Part shown: positions 33,710-43,649 of the stretch, one piece after another
Numbering within the stretch: the first letter of the stretch is position 1
Layout: the number at the start of each line of letters is the position of its first letter
Origin: an uncultured Chloroflexia bacterium
Lineage (GTDB): Bacteria > Chloroflexota > Limnocylindria > Limnocylindrales > CSP1-4
Direction of reading: 5' to 3'
NCBI GenBank assembly: GCA_963777975.1
Contig: CAVZSO010000003.1
Span: 210,760 to 274,759 of the forward strand
DNA: 64,000 nt
The notes under the pieces: generated by a model
Database searches by the model: none
Told to the model about the DNA's origin: nothing
The model's input: the letters and a program-made list of their open reading frames with translations, nothing else
Program-made: the position numbers and the translations under genes

Positions 33710-34255
33710 TCAGGCTTGCAAGAGCCGACGTTCGAGCGATCGCATGGCGGCTTCTTCCGCGGCCTCGGCGTGGTCCCAGCCACACAGGTGCAGGACGCCG
33801 TGCGTTACGAGCAGGCGGAGCTCCTCGGCCGCCGTCCAACGCATGTCACCGGTCTGGCCACCGCGACCGGCCGCTGCCTGCTCGATGGCACGCTCGACCG
33901 AGATGACGATCTCGCCGAGATGTGGTCGTCGCCCGGGCGGCAGGACGAACGAGGCGGTCCGCTCGCGGAGCCGCGTGGCCGGGTCCTGGCCGGCGTGGCG
34001 CGGGAAGTCGGCTGGTGGCAGCAGCGGGAACGAGAGCACGTCGGTCGGCCCGTCCTTGGCCATCGCGGACCGGTTGAGGGCGGTCAGCTCCCGATCGTCG
34101 GAGAGGATGATGCCGACCGACGCGGGGGACGGCGCCCGGGCAGCCTCGAGCGCGCGCGCCACGGCCCGCGCAAGGGCGCGGGCGGGGACCGGGCGCGGGA
34201 CGTCACGGCGCATGGTCACGTCGACGCGCCATGGCGCCAGATAGATGGTCGGCAC
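33710..34255 (-). CDS. ybeY: rRNA maturation endoribonuclease YbeY
   Basis: ORF 33710..34444 has PTDVLSFP and the zinc motif HGVLHLCGWDH. The start is uncertain (GTG 34255 or ATG 34213). It follows the 7TM-HD gene, as in Bacillus. Confidence 0.85.
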   Translation of the reverse strand: MPTIYLAPWRVDVTMRRDVPRPVPARALARAVARALEAARAPSPASVGIILSDDRELTALNRSAMAKDGPTDVLSFPLLPPADFPRHAGQDPATRLRERTASFVLPPGRRPHLGEIVISVERAIEQAAAGRGGQTGDMRWTAAEELRLLVTHGVLHLCGWDHAEAAEEAAMRSLERRLLQA

Positions 34256-34290
34256 CGGGGCATGGTAGCCGGGCGGAGGGTCGCCGCTGG

Positions 34291-36450
34291 CTACGCCCCG
34301 TCGCCACCGCCTGAGGCGGTGCGGCGGGACTCGAGCTCGACGATCTTGCTCTGCGGGTAGGCGATGCGTCGGTGGTACATGCCCAGGAGCTGGGCCACGA
34401 ACGCCTCTCGGATGCGCTCGAGGTCGCGCAGCGTCAGGTCGCATTCGTCGAATTGGCCGTCATCGAGGCGCTCGTGGATGATGCGATCGACCATCGCCCG
34501 GATGGCCGGCTCGTCCTGCGCCGTGAGCGACCGGACCGAGGCCTCGACGCCGTCGGCGAGCATCAGGATGGCCGCCTCACGCGACTGCGGCTTGGGCCCA
34601 GAATGGCGGAAGCGGCTGACGTCGACGGTCGCCGCAGCGGCCTCGGCCTCGGGCGTGCCAGGTCGGGCGCCGGCGGCGGCCACCGCCTCGTCGCGAGCCT
34701 TCGCGTAGAAGTAGCTGATGATGGCCGTCCCGTGGTGCTGCGGGATGAACGCGATGATGGGCTTCGGGAGCCGATACTCGTACGCCAGGTCGATGCCCGC
34801 AGCCACGTGCGCCTTGAGGATGGCCGCAGACTCCTGGGGCGTCAGCTCGTCGTGCAGGTTGTCTGTCCCCGATTGGTTCTCGATGAAGGCGGTCGGGTTG
34901 GCCAGCTTGCCGACGTCGTGGTAGTAGGCGGCCACCCGCACCAGCAGCGGATCCGCGCCCGTCGCTTCGGCAGCGCGTTCACCGAGGTTGCCGACCATCA
35001 ACGAGTGGTGGTAGGTGCCCGACGTCTCGAGCAGCAGCCGACGCAGGAGCGGCTGCGACGGGTTGGCCAGCTCGAGCAGCTGGAACGACGTCGTGAAGCC
35101 GAAGACGTTGCCGAGCAGCGCGAACGTCCCGACCGCTACCACGGCGGCGCCGACGGCCGCCGCGACGCCGGCGCCGATGAGCTGGAGGGTGCCGGTCAGG
35201 TCGTGCTCGCCGAGCAGGCCGAAGATGCCGATGACGGCGACGTTGACACAGGCCATGAGGGCCGCCGCCTGGACGAACTGCTGGAGTCGTTCCCCACGGC
35301 GGACGGCCACGACGCCGGCCAGCGAGCCGAGGACGACGTAGACGCCGAGCTCGACCGAGCCGCTGACGACCGAGGCGAGGACGCCGATGATCGCCGACAG
35401 CACGACCGCGGCGCCGGCATCGAGCAGGATCGTGGTCAGCAGGGCGGCCGCTGCGAAGGGCAGGAAGAAGGGCAGGATCGGCCGGTCGGAGGTCGCGCGC
35501 AGCGCGATGGTCGTGACGATGAGGAAGAGGCTGACCAGGAAGAGCACGTTGTTGCGGTGCCAGAAGGCCGGCCGGAAGCGCCACACCCAGCCCAGGAAGA
35601 GGGCGACCGTGAGCGCGGCCAGGAGGAACCAACCACCGATGCGCACCGGATCCGACTTCGGCTCGAGGACGCCGACGGCGCCCAGGCGCTCGAGGTCTGC
35701 CTCGGTCAGGCGAGCGCCAGCCTGGACGATCAGCTCGCCCTGCTTGAGATCGACCACGATCGGCTGGACCGCCGCGGCCGCCTGCTCGCGGGCCTGCTCG
35801 GTGGCGGCCGCGTCGTAGCTCGAGTTGGCCACCAGGAGCGGCGAGAGGAGCTCGCCGCCAAGGACACGCTGGGGCTCGGGGAACGCGAGCGAGACGCGGG
35901 AGGCGAGGGCGGCTCGAGCGCCGGGCAGGTCGGTGTCACGGACCTCCTGGCGTTGCGCCGCGTCGAGCACGTTGGCGAGCTCCAGTCGGAGGGCGGTCCA
36001 GTCGGCTGGATCCAGTCCCTGCAGCGTCGCGACCGACGCCGGCGTCAAGCCCTTGACCGCCGCCGCCAGCGCGGCCAGTCGTGCCTCGTCCGAGAGCACG
36101 GCGCCGAACGCCGCGTCGATGGGCGCCACGGTACGGTCGTAGGCAGCGAGCTGCTGCGCGGCGGAGAGCTGGCCGCTGGCCGGCGAGTAGTCGTACACGA
36201 ACTCGACGTTCTTGCTGGCTTCGGCGCGGGCGGCGTCCGTGGCCACGCGGCTGGTATAGGTCGTCACCCGCGGTGCGTAGACGGCCTCCGGCGCGAGGTC
36301 GCCGACCCCGCCGGTGAAGGCCGCCTTGGGCAGCAGGTCGACGGCCAGGATGGCGGTCAACACGGCGACCAGTGCTCCGGCCGCGATGGCCAGCCGCACG
36401 GCGTCGCGCCTCGTGAATGCCGCGGTCGAGGTCACGCTTGGTGCCAGCAT
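34291..36450 (-). CDS. 7TM receptor with intracellular HD hydrolase domain (YqfF/PgpH-like)
   Basis: Intact 719-aa ORF. It has an extracellular N-terminal domain, multiple TM helices and then the HD domain (HHSLMVGNL...YYHDVGK). Confidence 0.85.
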   Translation of the reverse strand: MLAPSVTSTAAFTRRDAVRLAIAAGALVAVLTAILAVDLLPKAAFTGGVGDLAPEAVYAPRVTTYTSRVATDAARAEASKNVEFVYDYSPASGQLSAAQQLAAYDRTVAPIDAAFGAVLSDEARLAALAAAVKGLTPASVATLQGLDPADWTALRLELANVLDAAQRQEVRDTDLPGARAALASRVSLAFPEPQRVLGGELLSPLLVANSSYDAAATEQAREQAAAAVQPIVVDLKQGELIVQAGARLTEADLERLGAVGVLEPKSDPVRIGGWFLLAALTVALFLGWVWRFRPAFWHRNNVLFLVSLFLIVTTIALRATSDRPILPFFLPFAAAALLTTILLDAGAAVVLSAIIGVLASVVSGSVELGVYVVLGSLAGVVAVRRGERLQQFVQAAALMACVNVAVIGIFGLLGEHDLTGTLQLIGAGVAAAVGAAVVAVGTFALLGNVFGFTTSFQLLELANPSQPLLRRLLLETSGTYHHSLMVGNLGERAAEATGADPLLVRVAAYYHDVGKLANPTAFIENQSGTDNLHDELTPQESAAILKAHVAAGIDLAYEYRLPKPIIAFIPQHHGTAIISYFYAKARDEAVAAAGARPGTPEAEAAAATVDVSRFRHSGPKPQSREAAILMLADGVEASVRSLTAQDEPAIRAMVDRIIHERLDDGQFDECDLTLRDLERIREAFVAQLLGMYHRRIAYPQSKIVELESRRTASGGGDGA

Positions 36451-36456
36451 CGCTCG

Positions 36457-36933
36457 TCAGGCCTCGTGCTCGTGGCCGGCCAGGTCTCGCGCGGCCAGCT
36501 CTTGCGCCACGAGGCCGCTGACGACCTTGCCGTCGGCGCGCCCCTTGGTGCGTGGTGTGAGCACGCCCATGACGCGGCCGAGGTCGCGGGCAGAGGTCGC
36601 ACCCGTCTCGTCGATGGCGGTCGCGACCATCGTCCGCAGCTCGTCGTCGGTCAGCGGCGTGGGCAGGAACTCGGCGATGATCGCGATCTCGGCGGACTCC
36701 CTCGCGGCAAGGTCGTCGCGGCCGGCCTTCTCGTACGCGTCGACCGACTCGCGGCGCTGCTTGACCTCGCGAACGAGCACGCCGACGACCTCGTCGTCCG
36801 TCAGCGGACGACGAGCGGCCTTCTCGGCGTTGTAGGTCGAGGCCGTGACCATGCGCAGCGTGTCGCGCCGGAGCGCGTCCTGACTCCGCATGGCTGCGGT
36901 CAACGAGGTCTGTATCTGATCTGCGAGGGTCAC
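36457..36933 (-). CDS. GatB/YqeY domain protein
   Basis: 158-aa ORF with the typical YqeY N-terminus (LADQIQTSLTAAMRSQD...RDTLRM) and a position directly after rpsU. Confidence 0.85.
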   Translation of the reverse strand: MTLADQIQTSLTAAMRSQDALRRDTLRMVTASTYNAEKAARRPLTDDEVVGVLVREVKQRRESVDAYEKAGRDDLAARESAEIAIIAEFLPTPLTDDELRTMVATAIDETGATSARDLGRVMGVLTPRTKGRADGKVVSGLVAQELAARDLAGHEHEA

Positions 36934-37020
36934 CGGGATGGCTCCTCGGGCGTGGCGCCCGGGGCGGCTGGCGTGCCGGTCGGTCGGAGCCCCTTCGTCG
37001 GGGCGCGACCGATGCGCGCC

Positions 37021-37200
37021 TTAGCCCTGGCGGGCCGCCTTCTTGCGCTTCGCTTCCTTGCGCTTGCGCTTGACGCTCGGCTTCTCATAGTGCTCGCGAC
37101 GACGAGCCTCGGCGAGGATGCCGCTCTGCTGGATCTTCTTGTTGAAGCGTCGCAGTGCGCTCTCGAAGGACTCGTTCTCTCCGACGCGGACTTCAGCCAA
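37021..37200 (-). CDS. rpsU: 30S ribosomal protein S21
   Basis: In-frame TTG 37200 inside ORF 37021..37296 gives (M)[28 protein letters not shown]...KRKRKEA. GGGGAGG lies about 10 nt upstream. Confidence 0.9.
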   Translation of the reverse strand: MAEVRVGENESFESALRRFNKKIQQSGILAEARRREHYEKPSVKRKRKEAKRKKAARQG

Positions 37201-37323
37201 TCCTGGGACACCTCCCCGCCGGCTTCGACTTCGCCCGGTCACGCACCGCCGGGGCCGGCTGGTCCGGTTCGGTCGTGCACGCTCGGAGGCCCGCATTCGA
37301 GCGCCCGGCGTGAGGGCTCGGGG

Positions 37324-37352
37324 AGTCTAGCCGAGGGTCGTGGGCTGGTCAA
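37324..37352 (-). promoter_or_regulatory. candidate sigma-70-type promoter of rpsU (TTGACC, 17-nt spacer, TAGACT)
   Basis: On the minus strand, TTGACC is at 37352..37347 and TAGACT at 37329..37324, with a 17-nt spacer. This implies a ~115-nt leader before the TTG start. Pattern match only. Confidence 0.5.
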
Positions 37353-37404
37353 TCGCGCCAAGGCGAAGGCGGACGACGCTCGCGCCAAGGCGAAGGCGGA
37401 CGAC
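37353..37404. repeat. two direct 25-nt repeats, period 27 (tcgcgccaaggcgaaggcggacgac)
   Basis: The copies at 37353..37377 and 37380..37404 are identical over 25 nt. They sit immediately upstream of the candidate rpsU -35 box, between the nitroreductase stop and rpsU. Confidence 0.9.
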
Positions 37405-37436
37405 ACCAGCCACGAGCACCAGGGTCGTCTCCTCCC

Positions 37437-38075
37437 TCAGGCGCTCCAGGTCTCCCAGCGCAGGAACTCGGCGGCGGGCAGCCAGCCACGCTTGAGCGAC
37501 CGCGAACGCAGGTCGGGCAGCTGGCGCCCGACGGGGATGACGCCGACGGGGACGAAGTCTGCCGGGATGCCAAGCTCGGTGCGGAGGACGTCGATGTCGT
37601 TCGAGCTGACGAAGCCGGCCGCGAGGCCTTCGTCGACGGCCGCCAGCAGGACGAGCATCACGGTGCAGCCGATGTCCATCCACCAGTACGGGACGGGCCA
37701 GTCGTCGTCATCGTCATCGGCGTCGGCCGGCTCGCCGTAGAGCGCGTGGTATGCGGCCTCGTCGGCGACCTTGTCCGGCTCCTGGTAGCGCGCCCGATAG
37801 ATGGCCTCGCTGACACAGGGGATGAAGAGCGCCGGCGCCTCGCTGATCCAGGGACCGAAGCCGTGCTCGACGTAGTACCGCTCGCTGCAGTTCTGGGCCA
37901 CGCGCTGGCGGAGCTCCGGGTCGGTCACGACGAGGAGGCGCTGGCCCTGGCTGAAGCCTGCACTCGGTGCGCGCTGGGCCGTCAGCCCGATGCGCTCGAG
38001 CACGGCGCGATCGAGCGGCTCGGTCGCGAAATGGCGCACCATCCGCCGACGTGCAACGACCTCGTGGAATTCCAT
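37437..38075 (-). CDS. nitroreductase-family protein
   Basis: ATG 38075 (MEFHEVVARRRMVRHF...) has GGGAGG 6 nt upstream. It shows nitroreductase-fold blocks (RAPSAGFSQG). An acidic insert, DADDDDDD, is present. Confidence 0.75.
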   Translation of the reverse strand: MEFHEVVARRRMVRHFATEPLDRAVLERIGLTAQRAPSAGFSQGQRLLVVTDPELRQRVAQNCSERYYVEHGFGPWISEAPALFIPCVSEAIYRARYQEPDKVADEAAYHALYGEPADADDDDDDWPVPYWWMDIGCTVMLVLLAAVDEGLAAGFVSSNDIDVLRTELGIPADFVPVGVIPVGRQLPDLRSRSLKRGWLPAAEFLRWETWSA

Positions 38076-38249
38076 CGTTCGCCTCCCGCGACCATCCTGG
38101 CCATCCCCCGACGAGCGTAACGACGCGCGGCCCGGCGCGTCGTTCGACCAACGTGGCGGCTCTCGAGGGCGGCGCCATCCCACGAGTCGGCGCCATCCCA
38201 CTAGATCGCGCTTGACCGCGCCGTGCCTGCCCATGATTCTGGAGACCTC

Positions 38250-39992
38250 ATGCCCGAGACCCTGCCCGAGGCGCGCGGCTACCACTCGATCCTGGAGATC
38301 CTCGAGGATGCCGCCCGGCGGCGCCCCGACGTCGTCGCCATGGCGCTCGCCGGCGACGCCGGCCTGACGGACGAGTGGACGGCGACCGAGGTGCTGCGGC
38401 GCTCGCGGCTGGCCGCCTGGCGGCTGCACGCGATGGGACTGTCCGCGGGCGACCGACTGCTGATCTGGTGCCCATCCGGCCCCGAGCTCGCGGCGCTGAC
38501 GTTCGGGGCGATGCGCCTCGGGGTGGCCATCGTGCCGCTCGACCTGCGGATGGCGCCGGAGGTCATCGAACGGATCGCCGGCCGCGCAGCGACCCGGTTC
38601 CTGGCCATCGGCACCGGTCGAGACGCCCCCGACCCCCGGGAGGTCCAGTTACCGGATGTCGTGATCCGCACGGTGCCCTCGCTCGTCGCCGAGCAGGAGG
38701 CGGACGGCGAGCCGCCATTCCCGTCCGACTGGCAGGCTCAGCTCGACAGCTGGCCCCGCCCCACCGAGGCGACGCTCTTCGAGATCGTCTTCACCTCGGG
38801 CACGACCGCGGCACCGAAGGGCGCCATGCTGACCCACGGCAACATCCTGGCCACGCTCGAGGCCGCCGATCATGTGGTGCCGCGCCGGCAGCATCGCCTC
38901 GTCTCGCTGCTGCCGCTCTCCCATCTCTTCGGCCAGCTCGAGCTCAGCTACGCACTCCTGGTCGGGGCCCCCATCCTCTACATCCGCTCACGCAACCCGC
39001 GGGTCATCTTCGAGGCCATCCGCGCCCATCGCGTGACGACCATGGTCGTCGTGCCCCAGGTGCTCGACCTCTTCTGGTCGTCGATCGAGCGCGAAGTGCA
39101 GAAGCAGGGCAAGGCGGAGCAGTTCGACCGCCTGCGGTCCATCGCCCGTCGACTGCCCTACGGCCTGCGGCGGCGGATGTTCGGCCAGGTCCACGCACGG
39201 CTTGGTGGCCAGCTCGAGCTCTTCATCTGCGCCGCCGCCTTCCTGCCACCGGCGCTGCAGCAGGCCTGGGAGGACATCGGCGTCGTCGTCGTGCAGGGTT
39301 TCGGCGCGACCGAGTGCGGCTTCGCGGTCGCCAATCGGGTCGATGACCATCCGCTGGGCGTGGTCGGCCGACCCGTCGACCACGTGGAGGTGCGCCTCGC
39401 TCCCGGGACGAACGAGATCCTCGTCCGCGGCCCGAACGTCTTCGGCGGCTACTGGCGCGACCCGGAGGCGACGGCAGCCGCCCTCGATAGCGACCGCTGG
39501 TACCACACCGGCGACATCGGTCACCAGGACAGCGCCGGCCGCTACATCCTCTCGGGTCGCATCAAGAACATGATCGCCCTGCCCAACGGCATGAAGATCT
39601 ACCCCGAGGACATGGAGAACGTCCTGCGGGAGTCGGGCCTGCGCGACACCGTCGTCCTCGAGACCGCCCCCGGCCGTATCGAGGCCGTCGTCCTGGCGCC
39701 CGACGAGCCCCTGATGCCGCGCCCCGGCGCCGCCCCCGAACCGCGTCATCGGAGCACGGAGGAGTCGGCCCGGATGCGCGAGCAGATCGATGCCGCCATC
39801 AAGACCGCCAACGGGCGGCTGGGCATCAACCAGCGCATCGTGGCCTGGCGGCTGTGGCCGGAGCCGGACTTCCCGCGCACCCACACGCTGAAGATCAAGC
39901 GCCCGCTGGTGACTGCGTGGGTGGCCGCCGACGCGCCCGCGAACCCGAAGGCGATCGGCCCGCAGGCCGCCTCTCACGCGCCGGAGACGTGA
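38250..39992 (+). CDS. AMP-dependent synthetase/ligase (long-chain acyl-CoA synthetase-like)
   Basis: ORF 38223..39992. The likely start is ATG 38250, after GGAG. The AMP-binding motif is FTSGTTAAPKGAML, and YHTGDIG and IKR..K are near the C-terminus. Confidence 0.85.
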   Translation: MPETLPEARGYHSILEILEDAARRRPDVVAMALAGDAGLTDEWTATEVLRRSRLAAWRLHAMGLSAGDRLLIWCPSGPELAALTFGAMRLGVAIVPLDLRMAPEVIERIAGRAATRFLAIGTGRDAPDPREVQLPDVVIRTVPSLVAEQEADGEPPFPSDWQAQLDSWPRPTEATLFEIVFTSGTTAAPKGAMLTHGNILATLEAADHVVPRRQHRLVSLLPLSHLFGQLELSYALLVGAPILYIRSRNPRVIFEAIRAHRVTTMVVVPQVLDLFWSSIEREVQKQGKAEQFDRLRSIARRLPYGLRRRMFGQVHARLGGQLELFICAAAFLPPALQQAWEDIGVVVVQGFGATECGFAVANRVDDHPLGVVGRPVDHVEVRLAPGTNEILVRGPNVFGGYWRDPEATAAALDSDRWYHTGDIGHQDSAGRYILSGRIKNMIALPNGMKIYPEDMENVLRESGLRDTVVLETAPGRIEAVVLAPDEPLMPRPGAAPEPRHRSTEESARMREQIDAAIKTANGRLGINQRIVAWRLWPEPDFPRTHTLKIKRPLVTAWVAADAPANPKAIGPQAASHAPET

Positions 39993-40018
39993 CGCCCGCA
40001 GCTGCTCGGGGCCCGCGG

Positions 40019-40633
40019 CTAGGGCAGGACGGGAACCTCGGCGCCGACGGTCGAGACGAGGTCGAAGGCACCCCGCGCAGCCTTGGGATCGGCTGACTGC
40101 GAGGGCGAGAACCAGGTCAGGATGACGGTCGAGCCCAGGTGCGCCACGTGGAACAGCGTGTCGCCCGCGAAGTTGATCTTGCCCGGGCTGCTCGAGAGAT
40201 AGTCGGCCAGCTCCTGCGCACCGGCTCCGGCCGCGTCCGGGTCGCCGAAGGCATACACGAGCAGGACCCCGCCCTCTGGGTCGGAGAGCTGCACCTGATA
40301 GGCCGACCGAGGCACGCTGATGAGGCCGGCCGGCTGGGCCGGCTGGTACGGCCGTGTCGCCGGCTCGAGGTCGAGGTGCCCGATCGACAGCGCCTGGCGG
40401 AGGGCGGCGATGGTGCCCGCCTCCACGCTTCCGACCGATGCGCGCGGGGTTTCGGCGTCGGGAACGGTGCCCAGGCCGCCGGCCTCGAAGCCGCGACCAC
40501 AGGCGACGACGAACGCCATCGCGCTCAGACAGACCGCCGCGACGCGCAGGCGCCGCGTGGCTCGACCGACCGCGATCCCTGGTCGTCGTGTGCGCGGCCC
40601 TGGCTTCTGCACTTGGTCGGCGGGTCCCCTCAC
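40019..40633 (-). CDS. hypothetical lipoprotein
   Basis: 204-aa ORF. It has a signal peptide with the lipobox AFVVAC. The GTG start overlaps the HIT gene stop (GTGA). Confidence 0.5.
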   Translation of the reverse strand: MRGPADQVQKPGPRTRRPGIAVGRATRRLRVAAVCLSAMAFVVACGRGFEAGGLGTVPDAETPRASVGSVEAGTIAALRQALSIGHLDLEPATRPYQPAQPAGLISVPRSAYQVQLSDPEGGVLLVYAFGDPDAAGAGAQELADYLSSSPGKINFAGDTLFHVAHLGSTVILTWFSPSQSADPKAARGAFDLVSTVGAEVPVLP

Positions 40634-40980
40634 CCGGGCGGCCAGGCCATGCTACGGCCGCCCATCAGGTGCCAATGCAGGTGGTCGACCGACTGCCCGC
40701 CCCAATCGCCGACGTTGCTCACCAGTCGGTAGCCGCGTTCGGCGATGCCCTCTCGACGGGCGATCTCCGCGGCGACCGCGAAGAGGCGCCCCAGCAGCTG
40801 CCCATCGGCCTCGGTCAGCTCCAGGACGGAGGGGATGTGCGCGCGCGGCACGATCAGGATGTGGGTCGGGGCGCGCGGCGCGATGTCACGAAACGCGATC
40901 ACGGCCTCGTCCTCGTGGACGCGCGTCGAAGGCAGCTCGCCGGCCACGATGCGGCAGAACAGACAGTCGATCTCCGTCAT
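40630..40980 (-). CDS. HIT-family (histidine triad) nucleotide-binding protein
   Basis: ATG 40980 (MTEIDCLFCRIVAGE...) has GGAGG 5 nt upstream. The triad motif HLHWHLMGG is present. Confidence 0.88.
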   Translation of the reverse strand: MTEIDCLFCRIVAGELPSTRVHEDEAVIAFRDIAPRAPTHILIVPRAHIPSVLELTEADGQLLGRLFAVAAEIARREGIAERGYRLVSNVGDWGGQSVDHLHWHLMGGRSMAWPPG

Positions 40981-41012
40981 GGGTGCCTCCGCATCCGCCA
41001 TCGCCAGGCACG

Positions 41013-41477
41013 CTACCAGAGCTGGGGCTTGGTGCTCATCAGGAAGGCGATGAGGCCGACCGCGAGGGCCATCACGTAGCTCACGTAGCGCTGTCGGCGG
41101 GCACGTGCCCGCCAGCGCGCGTCCTCGTCGGGGTCGCCGGTCGTGGTGGCGCCGAGCAGCCGCCGGAGGTTGGGTCGCTGGATGAAGAAGGCCAGCAGCA
41201 GATTCGTGGCGTAGATCACGAGCGCCACCGCCAGCCACGGCCGGCTGAGCACGTCAGGTCCGATGGCGAGCACGAGCAGGATCCCGGTCAGGGCCAGCCC
41301 GAAGCCGAAGATGAGCGTGCCATGCGCCTGCAGCCAGAGCAGGCCGCGCGTCGTGCCGCCGACGTCGGTGCCTGGCGTGCCGCGACGAAGCGCGAAGGGC
41401 AGCAGCAGGCTGGGCAGGATGAGCCCGATCGCCAGGGCGACATGGCTGCCGAGGATGACGGGAAGGAAGCCGGACAC
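41013..41477 (-). CDS. hypothetical integral membrane protein (4 TM, DUF2269-like)
   Basis: 154-aa ORF with four hydrophobic helices. The family assignment is by resemblance only. Confidence 0.55.
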   Translation of the reverse strand: MSGFLPVILGSHVALAIGLILPSLLLPFALRRGTPGTDVGGTTRGLLWLQAHGTLIFGFGLALTGILLVLAIGPDVLSRPWLAVALVIYATNLLLAFFIQRPNLRRLLGATTTGDPDEDARWRARARRQRYVSYVMALAVGLIAFLMSTKPQLW

Positions 41478-41562
41478 GGGGCCGTGAATCGTACCCGGTC
41501 CCGTTGTCCGAGCCCGTCGCCGACACGAGCCGCGCGGCCGGGCCGGACGTCAGTCGATCCGT

Positions 41563-42454
41563 TCAGCCTCCGAGCGCCACCCAGTCGCCCTCGGTGTCGC
41601 GCGTGGTGAGGTGGAAGCCGGCAGCGGCCAAGGCCCGTCGCACCTCTGGCTCGCGGTCGACGTAGATGCCGCTGGCAAGGAGACGGCCGCCCGGCTTGGT
41701 GGCCGCATGGAGCTCCGCTGCCAGGCGCACGAGCAGACCCGCGATGAGGTTGGCAAGGACGACGTCGAACGGCCCGCCGGTCGTCGGCAGCGAGTCCTCG
41801 CGTGCACTGGACCCGTCGCGCCACGTGGTTGCGACGGGCATTGGCGGTGGTGGCCTCGACGGCGATGGGATCGATATCGACGCCGACGACGCGGGCTGCG
41901 CCGAAGCGCGCCGCGGCGACCGAAAGGATGCCCGAGCCGCAACCGACGTCGATGACCGATGCCCCGGCCAGCCGGCCGGCATCGGCCAGCCGTTCGACGC
42001 CCACGAGGCAGAGTCGGGTCGTCGGGTGGAGGCCGGTCCCGAAGGCCAGGCCCGGGTCGAGCGCGATGACGACCTCGTCGGCGACGGCGCGATGCCGTCG
42101 CCAGGTCGGCCGGATGACGATCCGCCGGCCGAGCCTGAGGATCGGGAAGTGGCGCTTCCAGGCGTTCGCCCAATCGGCCTCGTGGAGCTCGCGCGTCTGC
42201 AGCTCGCCGATGGGCCGCAGCCCGAAGGCCTGGAGGTGGCCGAGGTCGACCTCGACGCGGGCGACGTCGGAGGCCGTCGCGGCATCGTCCGTCACCGGCA
42301 GGTAGGCGCGCACGATGGCTGGGCGGCTGGGATCGACGCGCGCACCGAGCCCCTCGTCGACCAGTTCGAACGCGGGCTCGATGCTCACGCCGCCGGGCGC
42401 GACCCGCGAGAAGATCTCGGAGACCGCCTCGACCGCCTCGCTGTCCGCGCTCAC
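41563..42454 (-). CDS. prmA: ribosomal protein L11 methyltransferase, one frame break near 41805-41815
   Basis: ORF 41288..42454 carries the N-terminal part through VIDVGCGSGILSVAAARFGA. ORF 41563..42285 carries the C-terminus (FDVVLANLIAGLL...GGRLLASGI). In-frame upstream sequence (RWLELSV) suggests the true N-terminus lies further up, but no canonical start codon is there. Confidence 0.8.
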
Positions 42455-42486
42455 CGACAGCTCGAGCCAGCGGTCGGTCGATGTGC

Positions 42487-43605
42487 TCAGCTGATCGCGT
42501 CCTTGACCTTGTCGAAGAGGCCCTTGTCGTGCTTCCCGTTGCCCGGTTCGCCGGTCTCAGCCGCGAACTCGGCCAGCAGCTCGCGCTGGCGCTTGGTCAG
42601 CTTGGTCGGGATCTTGACGTCGACGAGCACGTGCAGGTCGCCACGCGCGCCCGAGCGTCGCAGGTGAGGCACGCCCTTGCCGCGCAATCGGATCTCGGTT
42701 CCGGGCTGGGTACCGGGTTTGACTTCGATCGTCTCCTCGCCATCGGCGGTCGGGACGGTGAGCGTCGCGCCAAGCGCCGCCTGGGCGATGGATAACGGCA
42801 GGTCGAGGAAGAGCTCGGTGTCGCGGCGTTGGAGGCGCGGGTGTGGCGTGACATGGGCGACGACATAGAGGTTGCCGAATGGACCACCGCGTGGGCCTGC
42901 TTCGCCCTCCCCCGTCAGTCGCACCTGGTGGCCCTCGTCGATGCCGGCCGGCATGGCCACGCGCAGCTTGCGCCGTCGCTCGGTGCGCCCGTCACCTCGG
43001 CATGTCGTGCAGGGCTCGTCGACGATCTGGCCCTGGCCGTTGCATCGCGGACAGGCGCTGACGTTGACCATCTGGCCGAGCATCGTGGAGCGGACGGTCC
43101 GGACCTCGCCGCTGCCCTTGCACTGCGGGCAGGTCGTGGGCGCGGTGCCAGCCTTGGCGCCGCTGCCGGAGCACGTCTCGCAACGCCCCAGCGCGCTGAA
43201 TTCGATCTCCTTCTCCACCCCGGCGATGGACTCGGCGAAGGTCAGCCGCAGGTCATAGCGCAGATCGGCGCCGGCCGGCGGTCGGCCGCGTCGGCTGGCA
43301 CCAGATGCGCCCTGACCGAAGAAGGCGTCGAACAGGTCACCGAAGCCCTGGAAGCCGCCGAACCCGCCCTCTGCGCCAGCGCCGACACCGGCGTGGCCGA
43401 AGGTGTCGTAGGCCTGGCGGCGCTGCGGATCGGACAGGACCTGATAGGCCTCGTTGATCTCCTTGAATCGCTCATCGGCCCCGGCCGCCGTGCTGACGTC
43501 CGGATGCCACTGCTGGGCGAGCTTGCGGAACGATCGCTTGATGTCGGCGTCCGACGCACCGCGGGGCACGCCGAGGATGTCGTAGTAGTCACGTTGGGAA
43601 GCCAT
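42487..43605 (-). CDS. dnaJ: molecular chaperone DnaJ
   Basis: Intact 372-aa ORF. It has a J domain (DYYDILGV...HPD), a G/F region and four CxxCxGxG zinc-finger motifs. Confidence 0.95.
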   Translation of the reverse strand: MASQRDYYDILGVPRGASDADIKRSFRKLAQQWHPDVSTAAGADERFKEINEAYQVLSDPQRRQAYDTFGHAGVGAGAEGGFGGFQGFGDLFDAFFGQGASGASRRGRPPAGADLRYDLRLTFAESIAGVEKEIEFSALGRCETCSGSGAKAGTAPTTCPQCKGSGEVRTVRSTMLGQMVNVSACPRCNGQGQIVDEPCTTCRGDGRTERRRKLRVAMPAGIDEGHQVRLTGEGEAGPRGGPFGNLYVVAHVTPHPRLQRRDTELFLDLPLSIAQAALGATLTVPTADGEETIEVKPGTQPGTEIRLRGKGVPHLRRSGARGDLHVLVDVKIPTKLTKRQRELLAEFAAETGEPGNGKHDKGLFDKVKDAIS

Positions 43606-43649
43606 GCGACGGGAAGTATAGGTTCGGTCGCCCGGCTACCCTAGGTCGC

